Assembly (NCBI GenBank): GCA_039811685.1
Contig: JBDHZC010000001.1
Location: forward strand, 832,001-896,000
From: Armatimonadota bacterium
Lineage (GTDB): Bacteria > Armatimonadota > UBA5829 > DSUL01
Direction of reading: 5' to 3'
Length of the DNA stretch: 64,000 nucleotides
Made by a program: the position numbers and the translations under genes. Of the stretch, positions 10,101 through 18,240 are shown piece after piece (positions within the stretch are counted from its first letter, which is position 1; the number at the start of each line of letters is the position of its first letter). The notes under the pieces were generated by a model. It worked only from the letters and a program-made list of their open reading frames with translations. It was not told the DNA's origin and did no database searches.

Positions 10101-11877
10101 TACCTATGCGCTGGAACGCATTGGGGTCTCGAATCGGGAACATATCCGCGCCCAGGCGGCCCTCCTGAGTCGGGTCCTGGAGGAAGTGGTCAATGACACA
10201 CGCGAGCAGCTTCACCTGAGTGGTGACGTTGGCGGGATTCGTGCGCTCGAACGTGTCAAAGGGAGTATCCACCATGGCGCGCGCGTCGTTAATGGTGGCA
10301 AACGTCACTCCTATTCCGCCACCGACGGACACCGCTTCTGCGTCGAATGCGATTTTGCCCGGAATATAATTGCGCCAGTTCTTGCCCGCAATGTCGTTGA
10401 CACCATCGGCAAAAGCGAGGTCTGGATCGCGGCCGAGCGTCTTTGCGACCCGGGCGGCATTGTCGCGAGCTACAGTCGCCAGGTCTGAAAAACGTCCTTT
10501 GATATCCTCTCTGAAGTCGTAAAAATAGCCCTTGTAGAAAAGACCGACTCCGTTTGACTGGCTGCTAAGATCGAGCCCACAGTACAGATATACGTCGTCT
10601 CGAGGACGAATGCGAGTGTTGGACCCCGCAAGCTGAATGGCAATGACAGCGAGAAGTCCAAACGCGAGAATTGTTGCGCCGGTCCACCGCCAGTCTCCGG
10701 AAGAGGCCTCGCCATTGGAGACTCTTCGCTTTCCAAGACTCGTTACAATGAGCGCGAGGCCCCCAAGCGAAAGAAGCGCGGTCAGCGTCCACATAAACGG
10801 GTGATGCCGGGCAATCCAGACCCCCATCTTCTCACCAACGCCAGGGCGCGTGAATTGCTCAAAATGCTGATCCAGCCAGTAGCGCGTTCCAGCCAGGCCC
10901 TGGAAATGCCCGTCGGAGGCGAGCAGCCAAACGGTGCGTTTGGGAGGATGAGACTTATAGACGCGGGCGAGCTCCAGCAACCCCGCAATGCCAGACGCGG
11001 ACTCAGCGCCAGGCGCAAGCGCCGGGGCAACGCTGTTTGCGTCGTAGTACGCTCCAAGAATAATAATCTGCTTCTTGAGCTTCGGGTCTGTACCTTCAAT
11101 TTTGGCAACAATGTTGCGTCCGGTGACACGCCTCCAGGGCATCCGGCTGGTGAGAGTGACTTCCTGCCCAGTCTGCCCGGCCAGGACAGCGGCGTCGGCC
11201 TTCGAAATCCAGTAACGCGGCACGTTCACTGGAATTGACATGAACTTGGCTTCGGCTTCGCCTCTGTTCAAGTCGTGGGGCTCTTTGAAGATGATAGCGG
11301 AGGCTCCGGATCTGACAGCGTTGACCCAGTTGTTACCGCAGTCGAAGTCGATTAGGGCAATGCTGCCTGCCAGCTCACGGCCCTGCATGTCCTGCAGCCG
11401 CGCCTGTCCAATGTCAATGAGCTGACCCCGGATTCCCGCTTCCGGCACCTGCGGCGTGCGCACCATGTTTGGCCACAGTGCGTGAACCTGCAACCTCCCA
11501 GCGGCACTCTCGACAAAGGCCCCTTCGTCCATCGGGACACTGGTCTTGAACGTCTCAGTTGTTACGTCCGAGATCCCGATCTCTTTGAGTTGATCCTGGA
11601 TGTAGCGAGCAGCAATTTCATCCCCGGGATAGCCAAGCACACGAGAGCCCACATTTGGAGATGAGAGGGCTTGCATCGTGGCCGCGATGCGCTCGGCGCT
11701 GATTTCACCAGCCAGCTTTCTATACCGCGCCTCAAGCGCCGGGTTTGGTTTCTCGTTCTCTTGAGCCGTGGACGGCCCGGCTACGCAGACAAGGAGCGGT
11801 AGTATGAGCCCCAGGAGGAAGAAACGAAAGACTGGAAGCCTCAAGGCCAATGGTCTCTTTATGGAAATGCTCCTCAA
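7102..11877 (-). CDS. Large membrane protein: signal peptide + M28-peptidase-like/PA ectodomain + MacB/FtsX permease domain
   Basis: Signal-peptide-like N-terminus; M28 framework (NIVAKIEG..IIILGAYYD..PGAESASGIAGLLELAR..PKRTVWLL); MacB-type GVSNMRRRKTRTVLT helix, extracytoplasmic core (LIAGRWF..VIILP..MARDL..YTVIGIV) and FtsX motif SVYERVREIGIFSSIGL...LYPARKAS. Confidence 0.85.
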   Translation of the reverse strand: MRSISIKRPLALRLPVFRFFLLGLILPLLVCVAGPSTAQENEKPNPALEARYRKLAGEISAERIAATMQALSSPNVGSRVLGYPGDEIAARYIQDQLKEIGISDVTTETFKTSVPMDEGAFVESAAGRLQVHALWPNMVRTPQVPEAGIRGQLIDIGQARLQDMQGRELAGSIALIDFDCGNNWVNAVRSGASAIIFKEPHDLNRGEAEAKFMSIPVNVPRYWISKADAAVLAGQTGQEVTLTSRMPWRRVTGRNIVAKIEGTDPKLKKQIIILGAYYDANSVAPALAPGAESASGIAGLLELARVYKSHPPKRTVWLLASDGHFQGLAGTRYWLDQHFEQFTRPGVGEKMGVWIARHHPFMWTLTALLSLGGLALIVTSLGKRRVSNGEASSGDWRWTGATILAFGLLAVIAIQLAGSNTRIRPRDDVYLYCGLDLSSQSNGVGLFYKGYFYDFREDIKGRFSDLATVARDNAARVAKTLGRDPDLAFADGVNDIAGKNWRNYIPGKIAFDAEAVSVGGGIGVTFATINDARAMVDTPFDTFERTNPANVTTQVKLLACVIDHFLQDPTQEGRLGADMFPIRDPNAFQRIGIQGGFATVSGQVVEYNPQKSFVPNQPVSGCIAVLRSGHKSFMGVRANLIELAGPKGHFRFPGVAPVTAYGGAHSTGLAAYKLDPDSGGIRYAPDQGVFGGEFNYTAFTVATSSKAMPVVVFPCVATNLYDLVDPQSLTALGGLEVLDGATNGPPRTFGTAVATPEPMVSHVEDGAVIFTPPNERIKIMMSAGPAAVRLLLLNSTGSKTAAEAEGTGYDVGPNGTTITNTAYKAARDMYMLDDFRINRLKKYRIINQGIDNLHRAAGLELKAAEKAREARDFEGFEAHSRSAWGFEARAYPDVQQTATDVVRGVLFYLALLLPFSFFIERLFFGFPDLNKQLTAFILIFVLVALGFSRIHPAFEITLNPMIVILAFIMLVLSGMVVVLVSGKFEEQLRALNRQVSGVHRVDIGRMSVAAAAFSLGVSNMRRRKTRTVLTCISLILVTFIVLSFTSIVNEIRFNARPTSTKPAYNGIMLRTAMWEPLQEPAYRLLNDEFGRTRPVGARAWFFGASLGEQSSLTVSNGARRFDAKAAVGLTSAEENITHPSRTLIAGRWFNSNDRQVIILPARMARDLGVKTADVGKAQVRFAGVSYTVIGIVDPIKFRNLKDLDGEPLTPVDFILMNKQQGQSTSLGEAGFREYTHMDPDTTFIIPYQTLVDMGGEIRSIAINFISPEEVKDELDSLMPRLGLNLYAGKGNVTYRYSSIGSSSTKGFAAILIPIIIAGLSVLKTMLDSVYERVREIGIFSSIGLAPNHIAMLFFAEATVYGILGAVSGYLIGQGVSKILATTGLLSGLTLNFSSMSAVISTVLVMVVVWLSTLYPARKASEVATPAIDRSWKVPEPDGDAWRIPLPFSVTGEQAVGVNSFLGEWFQAYEEYSVGDFVTQDVHTDSFDTEHGRGYGLTCKAWLAPFDLGVSQTVRLETVPTSMEDVYEIHVELGRESGDISNWKRVNRRFLNTLRRQFLIWRTLGAEERDKYLATAESSASPPSGPPAPEPA

Positions 11878-11916
11878 ACTTTTCTAGTGCTCTGTGGGCG
11901 GCCCGATTATCGCACC

Positions 11917-11942
11917 CGTACAGGTGGAGTTCCACCTGTACG
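11917..11942. repeat. Perfect 12-bp inverted repeat upstream of the large permease gene
   Basis: CGTACAGGTGGA-GT-TCCACCTGTACG, about 40 bp upstream of the TTG at 11877. Confidence 0.8.
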
Positions 11943-12244
11943 AACGCACGGAGCATGTGGATGCGCGCCGGGGCTTTCCCGGACGCCAACACGCAGTTTA
12001 GCCAACTGATTCTAATACTTCACAGAGAGCCTGACAGATTCCTCCGCTTCGAGGGGTGAGTTCGCAGGGGAAGATACAAATTTCTCACCGTGTCAGCCCT
12101 TGCCTGATTTCGACTCCGGCAGACTCCCGGATGTTGCGGGTTGTCTTCGGCCAAGGCACGTCCAAAATGCTTAGAGGCCGCCAGGAGACTGAGACAGAGG
12201 ACCGAGAGCGGACGACGAAGATCCGCAAGCCGTCCGGGTGCGAC

Positions 12245-13549
12245 TCAGGCTACGTCAGTCTTTTCATCAAGAGGGATGAAGAACAGTGTGAGCGTGCCCG
12301 GGATGGTCAGCAATAGGGAGAGGACGAAAAATTGGCCATACCCGACAGCTTTCTGAATGTAGCCGCTAAGCACTCCTGCTCCCATCGCCGCAAAGGCCAT
12401 GATTCCGGTCGCCACCGCGTAGTGAGAGGTCTTGTACTTGCCGTGCTGGGATATGAGCATGAGATACACCAAATAGGCAGCCAAGCCAAAGCCGTAACCG
12501 AGATTGTCAACGGCTACCACAACACTTACAGTGACTAGATCTGGAGTGTGATACGCAGCCCACACGTACAGAAGAATCGGAGCGTGCATGCAGACGACCA
12601 TCGGCCATAAACAGCGCTTCAATCCCCAGGAAGAAATCATCCAGCCGCCGACAAAGCCGCCAAAGATGAGCGCAATTACCCCGATAGTGCCGTTAATAAT
12701 CCCGAACTCTTTCAGAGGAAGCTCCAGGCCTCCCAGGGCAACTTTGTCAAGCAGGAACAGAGGCGCAATTTTAGCCACCAGCAGTTCGCCGAAGCGGTAA
12801 AGCAGCACAAACAGGAGAATGGGAACAATTTTCGGCTGTTGAAAAAAGGTGACAATCGCTTCGACAAACGGCACGCTCTGCCCGGAGGTGCGAACCCCGC
12901 CCTTAACGTCTTCTGCTGGTTTGGGCAAAGCCCACAGCCCATACAGCCAGAACAACCCGTACACTAAAGCTCCAGACAAAAGCGCCAACATCCAGACCGC
13001 ACGCGGCGAATAGTGAAGCTCTTCGAACTCACCCGCCAGCCAGATCATCGCGCCGTTTACGAAAACCATTGACAGCCGAAATGCCGCAGAGCGAATCCCG
13101 ACAAAAAAGGCCTGTTGCGGCTTATCCAGCGCCAGAAGGTAGAACCCGTCGCATGCGATATCGTGGGTGGCAGACAGAAACGCGATGACGAAAAAGATAA
13201 AGACAGTGACGCCGAAAAAGCCGGGCAGCGTAATGCCCCAGGCGGCGAGACAGAACATTCCCAGGATGAGCGCTTGAGTCGCAATAACCCATGTCCGCTT
13301 CGTCAGATTGCTGTCAACGAAAGGGCCCCACAGAAGCTTCAGCGTCCAGGCCCACACGAACAGGCTGGTCCACAGAGTTATGACCTCGTTGGCCACGCCG
13401 AGCTTCTTGTACATTGCCACCGAAAACATGTTGGCGACCATGTAGGGCAGGCCTTGCATGAAGTAGAGCGTAGGCACGAAGAACCAGGGGTTGCGACAGG
13501 TCCGCGGTGGCTCTGGAGTGAAGACGGCAGGCTCTTGAAGGCTTGACAT
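12245..13549 (-). CDS. MFS transporter, AmpG-like
   Basis: LYFMQGLP, WTLKLLWGPFVD, SATHDIACDGFY, FVLLYRFGE: AmpG-family motifs; about 12 TM segments. Confidence 0.85.
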   Translation of the reverse strand: MSSLQEPAVFTPEPPRTCRNPWFFVPTLYFMQGLPYMVANMFSVAMYKKLGVANEVITLWTSLFVWAWTLKLLWGPFVDSNLTKRTWVIATQALILGMFCLAAWGITLPGFFGVTVFIFFVIAFLSATHDIACDGFYLLALDKPQQAFFVGIRSAAFRLSMVFVNGAMIWLAGEFEELHYSPRAVWMLALLSGALVYGLFWLYGLWALPKPAEDVKGGVRTSGQSVPFVEAIVTFFQQPKIVPILLFVLLYRFGELLVAKIAPLFLLDKVALGGLELPLKEFGIINGTIGVIALIFGGFVGGWMISSWGLKRCLWPMVVCMHAPILLYVWAAYHTPDLVTVSVVVAVDNLGYGFGLAAYLVYLMLISQHGKYKTSHYAVATGIMAFAAMGAGVLSGYIQKAVGYGQFFVLSLLLTIPGTLTLFFIPLDEKTDVA

Positions 13550-13657
13550 AGTTGCGCAACCCTTCGCAACTCAAACAGAGCATTCCTGCGTAATGGGTTA
13601 CATTCTGCAGGATGAATTCAGCAAGATGATGGAGGTGACGCAAGCCCGTAAAGAGCG

Positions 13658-14485
13658 TCATATCTCTGATTGAGTGCGTGCTCGACTCAACAGTTCCCCA
13701 AACTCAGCGACGCTCTCCACCACCAGATCAGGAGCAGGGCAGGCGCTTTGAGCCTCTACAGACGTCGTTTCTCCCGTCAACACGAGCACACCAAAAGCGC
13801 CAGAGACGCGCGCCATTTCCACATCTGTATGCAGACGATCCCCGACCACAGCCAACTCCCACGGCTTCAGGTTATGCCTGCGCAGAAGTCCCTGCAGCAT
13901 GCCAGGGTGCGGCTTGCCGGGGACAGCCAGCGGCGACACACCTGTCGCTGCCGTCAGGCAGGCAGTCAGTGACCCGCAATCCACAAGAACAGTCGGCTCA
14001 TCCGTCGGACAGGTGAGATCCGGGTGCGTCGCCACAAATGGTTTTCCTTCGCGTATCCACCGCGCGGCGCGGCACAGGCGCTCAAAGTTCAGCTCAGTGT
14101 CGAAGGCCACAAGAACACCGTCCGGCTCCTGATCTGCGAAGACAGGCTCGAAGCCCAGTTCGCGCAGCTCCATGCACAGGCTTGCGGTTCCAAGCACAAA
14201 GAGCTTCCGGACTTCGGGCAGAGATGTGCGCAGATAATCGACAGCGGCAAGCGCAGAAGTCTGGATGTCCTCTCGGCCCGCTGGAATGCCCAGGGAGTTC
14301 AGGCGTCTGACGTAGTCCGCCACGCTTCGCGAGCAATTGTTTGTGAGAAAAGAGCGGCCGACACCGCAACTTCTCAGCAAATCCAGAAATGGTCCCGTAA
14401 ACGGGAAGACTGTTTTACCGCTGTAAAGCGTCCCATCCAGATCCAGGGCTACGTGGCGTATCTTGCAGAGCGCAGAGTTGAGCAT
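13658..14485 (-). CDS. HAD-IIA (NagD-like) sugar phosphatase
   Basis: DLDGTL, FLTNN, ATHPD, GKPHP, VVGDRLHTD, LVLTG. ATG at 14485 preferred because the longer ORF overlaps the divergent GH130 gene. Confidence 0.9.
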   Translation of the reverse strand: MLNSALCKIRHVALDLDGTLYSGKTVFPFTGPFLDLLRSCGVGRSFLTNNCSRSVADYVRRLNSLGIPAGREDIQTSALAAVDYLRTSLPEVRKLFVLGTASLCMELRELGFEPVFADQEPDGVLVAFDTELNFERLCRAARWIREGKPFVATHPDLTCPTDEPTVLVDCGSLTACLTAATGVSPLAVPGKPHPGMLQGLLRRHNLKPWELAVVGDRLHTDVEMARVSGAFGVLVLTGETTSVEAQSACPAPDLVVESVAEFGELLSRARTQSEI

Positions 14486-14605
14486 AATCACACAATCATC
14501 CTCAGAGTTCTGAGGCGCCCAAGGTGAATCCTTCACCGGGAATTCGACAGGCGGTTGAGGGTGGTATAATCCGGCACATCCAGTCTGGCCTGAAAGAGTA
14601 TTTCT

Positions 14606-15616
14606 ATGTCCAAAGTAATTGGAGACCTCACCTCCCCTGACATCATCCACCGGCATCCGGACAATCCGTTACTGACCTGCAAGGATGTGCCCTATCCGTC
14701 TTCGCTGGTTTTCAATGCGGGCGTGGCGAAGTATCAGGGGCGCTATGTCATGCTCTTTCGCAATGACGTTTTCACGGAGGATCGTAAATACCAGGACACA
14801 AACCTGGGTCTGGCCTTCTCTGACGACGGCGTGCGCTGGAGTGTGGAGCCACAGCCCTGCTTTTCATGGCGCGATGAGGAGGTTGAGCGCGTTTACGATC
14901 CGCGGCTGAGCGTCATAGATGGACGATGCGCTGTCTGCTTTGCCGTGGATACGAGGCACGGTCTGAGGGGCGGCGTCGCTCTGACGGAAGATTTTCATCA
15001 CTACGACATCCAGAGCCTCTCGGTTCCGGACAACCGCAACATGGTGCTTTTTCCCGAGAAGATCGGCGGAGACTATGTGCGCCTGGAACGCCCATTTCCC
15101 GTTTACAGCCGCGTCCACACCATACCTGACGGCAATCCGTATCATTGTCACTTCGACTGCTGGATATCGCGCTCACCAGACCTGAAATACTGGGGTAGCT
15201 CTGAGCTGCTTCTGGCTGTTGAGGATGTACCGTTTGCAAATGACAAGGTGGGGCCGGCCGCCCCTCCTGTCAAAACTCACTCAGGGTGGCTGACGACGTT
15301 TCACGCAGTTGACATCGACGCCTCACGCGGCAAGAACGGTTGGGAGCCTGCGTGGCGCAAGCGATATTGCGCCGGGATCATGTTGCTGGACATCGAGAAT
15401 CCGGAAAGGATCATTGGCCTGTCTCGTGAGCCGCTCATTGCTCCTCAGGCAAGCTACGAAGCCGAAGGCGGATTTCGCAACAATGTCATCTTTCCGGGCG
15501 GGATGATCCTGGAGGATTCAGGTGAGGTGAAGATCTACTACGGGGCTGCAGACGCTGTGGAATGCCTGGCGACAGCCGATGTCGAAGACCTTATCGCGCT
15601 CTGCCACCCGCTCTGA
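14606..15616 (+). CDS. Glycoside hydrolase family 130 (beta-mannoside phosphorylase-like)
   Basis: VFNAG, YDPR, DNRNMVLFPEKIGG..RLERP, KVGPAAPP, NVIFP, IYYGAAD motifs of the GH130 five-bladed propeller. Confidence 0.88.
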   Translation: MSKVIGDLTSPDIIHRHPDNPLLTCKDVPYPSSLVFNAGVAKYQGRYVMLFRNDVFTEDRKYQDTNLGLAFSDDGVRWSVEPQPCFSWRDEEVERVYDPRLSVIDGRCAVCFAVDTRHGLRGGVALTEDFHHYDIQSLSVPDNRNMVLFPEKIGGDYVRLERPFPVYSRVHTIPDGNPYHCHFDCWISRSPDLKYWGSSELLLAVEDVPFANDKVGPAAPPVKTHSGWLTTFHAVDIDASRGKNGWEPAWRKRYCAGIMLLDIENPERIIGLSREPLIAPQASYEAEGGFRNNVIFPGGMILEDSGEVKIYYGAADAVECLATADVEDLIALCHPL

Positions 15617-16993
15617 CTACGCCAGAGCCGCCTGCAGCCTCGGGAACAGACTCTCCGCATTGCCGTACATGAGCTGCGGAACGAGTTCCCGTGCGTCTTC
15701 TTCTGATATCCAACCGTCTTCAATGAGTTCTGCAAGCGCCTGAGAAAGCCCGCGCCTGGCAATAACCGCATGGCCGACGACCTGCTCCGCCAGCACGTAG
15801 TCCCCGCCAAAGCTCAACAGCTTGTTTGATGGCACGCCTTTGAGAAAATCTTTGACGAAACGCACGGATGCCGCCGGATTGATAATCCACGCCCAACACA
15901 TGTCGATTGTGACATTCGGATAGTGTTTGGCGAGAGCCAGCATAGCCTCCTGATATGGATATCCGATGTGCATTACGATGAAACGGGTATCCGGAAATTG
16001 CGCGGCGAGAAGACACATATCAGAAGGGTTATCGGAGAGGCGCTCAAGCGGCATATTGCCATAGCCAGCGTAGTACCCGGTGTGGAGCTTCACGGGTAGC
16101 TTGTATTCAGTCGCTTTGTTAATGCAGTAGCGGAAGAGGTGGTCTTCCAACGCTTTCATCTGATCAGCAGGCAGGCACTCACCGCGTGCGTAGCGCTCCC
16201 ACAGCGGAGCAGCCTGTTCTGGCGGGATATCCGCATAGTCCAGCCTTCGGCGGTAGGCAGCCTGGCTCTTCACCGCGACAGCGTCCAGGCCATAGGTCTC
16301 GAAAAACCAGTCAATGACCGAATGCCACTGCTCCAGCGTATCCCCGGGACGTCCGGACTCGGAACAAAGGTTCTCAATTTCGGGTTGTGAATGCATGGGA
16401 ACAATGCTGAGGTCCTGCATCAGCAGATCTGGATACTCTGTCTTGCAGAAAACGTCTACAAGAGAGTTGACCTGACAGCTTTTCACACCTGCAACCCCCC
16501 GCAGGACGTGTTCGTAGTAGCCGGGGCGAACGAGCTCGAGATACTTCTCGTGAATGCGATGATAGCTGTCCTGAGTGATATCCTCTTCGCTGTACAGACT
16601 CTGGATGGTGAGCCGGGTGGCCTGGCCGTACCCAGTGTGGCGAACGTACCTCCAGTAAGGCTCCAGAAGCCGCCACTTCTCGTCAATATCTGCACCGACA
16701 TTCAGCAGCCTGTGCCAGACTTGCTCGGGCATTCCCGCGCTGGCAAGGTCGTCCCGCGTGTAGCCCCAAAGGAGGTAGGCCCAGTCGTTGCACGAATATA
16801 ACCCGTCGGCAGGCTCACCCAGGCGGACGCTTTCTTCTATGATATGCTCGTGCGTATCAACAAACGGTGTCTGGTTGATGAGTTCTTCGATTCCGGATCT
16901 TGCACTCACGGGTTTGTCTCTCTTTTCGTTATGCCGGCGTCCTGTTGGACGACAGCCACCTGCGGCGGTAACCTGCTTTGCAGTGAAATCCAT
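15617..16993 (-). CDS. Amidohydrolase-superfamily (TIM-barrel metallo-hydrolase) protein
   Basis: VDTHEH, VKLHTG, IVMHIGYP, FGGD metal-ligand motifs. True start may be GTG at about 16909. Confidence 0.8.
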   Translation of the reverse strand: MDFTAKQVTAAGGCRPTGRRHNEKRDKPVSARSGIEELINQTPFVDTHEHIIEESVRLGEPADGLYSCNDWAYLLWGYTRDDLASAGMPEQVWHRLLNVGADIDEKWRLLEPYWRYVRHTGYGQATRLTIQSLYSEEDITQDSYHRIHEKYLELVRPGYYEHVLRGVAGVKSCQVNSLVDVFCKTEYPDLLMQDLSIVPMHSQPEIENLCSESGRPGDTLEQWHSVIDWFFETYGLDAVAVKSQAAYRRRLDYADIPPEQAAPLWERYARGECLPADQMKALEDHLFRYCINKATEYKLPVKLHTGYYAGYGNMPLERLSDNPSDMCLLAAQFPDTRFIVMHIGYPYQEAMLALAKHYPNVTIDMCWAWIINPAASVRFVKDFLKGVPSNKLLSFGGDYVLAEQVVGHAVIARRGLSQALAELIEDGWISEEDARELVPQLMYGNAESLFPRLQAALA

Positions 16994-17043
16994 ACAGGAT
17001 AACGCTCCATGTGGTATGACATGATGCGAGGCCGATCAGGCAC

Positions 17044-17907
17044 GTGGAGGCTTACAACTGCGTGAAAAAACTGCTGAACTACCGCCACAAGATTTTGCTC
17101 AAGAAAGCAGCAGCCCGCATCCTGTCGCTTAGCGCCCCGCGACCGGCCGAGTCACTGCCGCCCGTGACGGTGTTCATCAGCAGCATGGGTACGCGAGACT
17201 CGCTGGAGCTCACCCTGCGCAGCTTGTTTCGTATGACGCGATATCCGAACATTCAGTTGTGGATCGGTGAAAACGGATCAACGGATGGCTCGGTCGAGTT
17301 TTTGAGAGAGTACGCAAAGGAGCGGCCACTGCGGCTGGATGAACGAAAGGAGCCTCGCCGCCACTACCTGTGGCTGGACGAAGTACACAGATCCGTTGAA
17401 ACAAAGTACTGGTTCGCGGTGGACTCCGATATGCTCTTCCTTGGGCGGGATCCGATTCTGGAAATGGTGATGGTGATGGAACGCGACCCGTCTATTTACC
17501 TGGTGGCCAGTGAGGAAAGAGAGCCTCAGACAGACCACCCCGCGCCTGTGACAGGTGAACTACTGGATCTGGGTGAGGCGCCGGCCACGTGGCTTCTCGC
17601 CGTGCGCACCAGCCTGAGAGATACTCTTGACACATCCTTCGAAGACGGACCGGACCACGCGGATGCAGTGACTGGCAAGCCGTTCTGCTATGACACGGGC
17701 GGAAAACTGCTGCGGGATATGCGAGAGGGCGGCCTTGGCTATCACTATATGTCCCGAGTGTTTCAGCTCAAATATCAACATTTCGGAGGGCTGAGCTGGA
17801 GTGTGGACCCAACCGTTGTCCCTGATGAGAGCTATCAGCAGTCAAAGAGAAGTCAGCTTGAGTATATCCGGGCCCTTGTTGCGCGCGAGCGCGGCCGGGC
17901 AGGATGA
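17044..17907 (+). CDS. Glycosyltransferase family 2-like protein
   Basis: PPVTVFI..LTLRSL...IGENGSTDGS and DxD (VDSD) GT-A motifs. Confidence 0.7.
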   Translation: MEAYNCVKKLLNYRHKILLKKAAARILSLSAPRPAESLPPVTVFISSMGTRDSLELTLRSLFRMTRYPNIQLWIGENGSTDGSVEFLREYAKERPLRLDERKEPRRHYLWLDEVHRSVETKYWFAVDSDMLFLGRDPILEMVMVMERDPSIYLVASEEREPQTDHPAPVTGELLDLGEAPATWLLAVRTSLRDTLDTSFEDGPDHADAVTGKPFCYDTGGKLLRDMREGGLGYHYMSRVFQLKYQHFGGLSWSVDPTVVPDESYQQSKRSQLEYIRALVARERGRAG

Positions 17908-18240
17908 CGGTCCTCTGTAGACAGCCTCTGACGGCGAGTATGAGGTAGAATAGAGGGCAGAATTGATGTCGGCGCGCAGACAGGCTTTCCTGTACTTTGA
18001 AATGACCAGGGGATGTTGCGCATTAGAAGGCGCTTTTTATTGCGCTGGGACAAGGATTTGGAACATCGGCGTTGAACACTCGTCTAGCAGTTGGCGCTTA
18101 CGGCGCAGACACATGCCTGAGGCTCGCGGGAGTACAGAGTATCTGCGGGACAGCCGAAGATCAGACTTGAGCGAAACTGGACATTGCGCCCTCAAATTGT
18201 CTGAGGGACAGAGTTTTTCGGGAAGGGAAAATCTCGAACT

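Noticed and set aside
9025..10488. 487-aa plus-strand ORF
   Set aside because: Antisense shadow of the 1591-aa gene with no recognisable motifs; long shadow ORFs are expected in GC-rich coding DNA.
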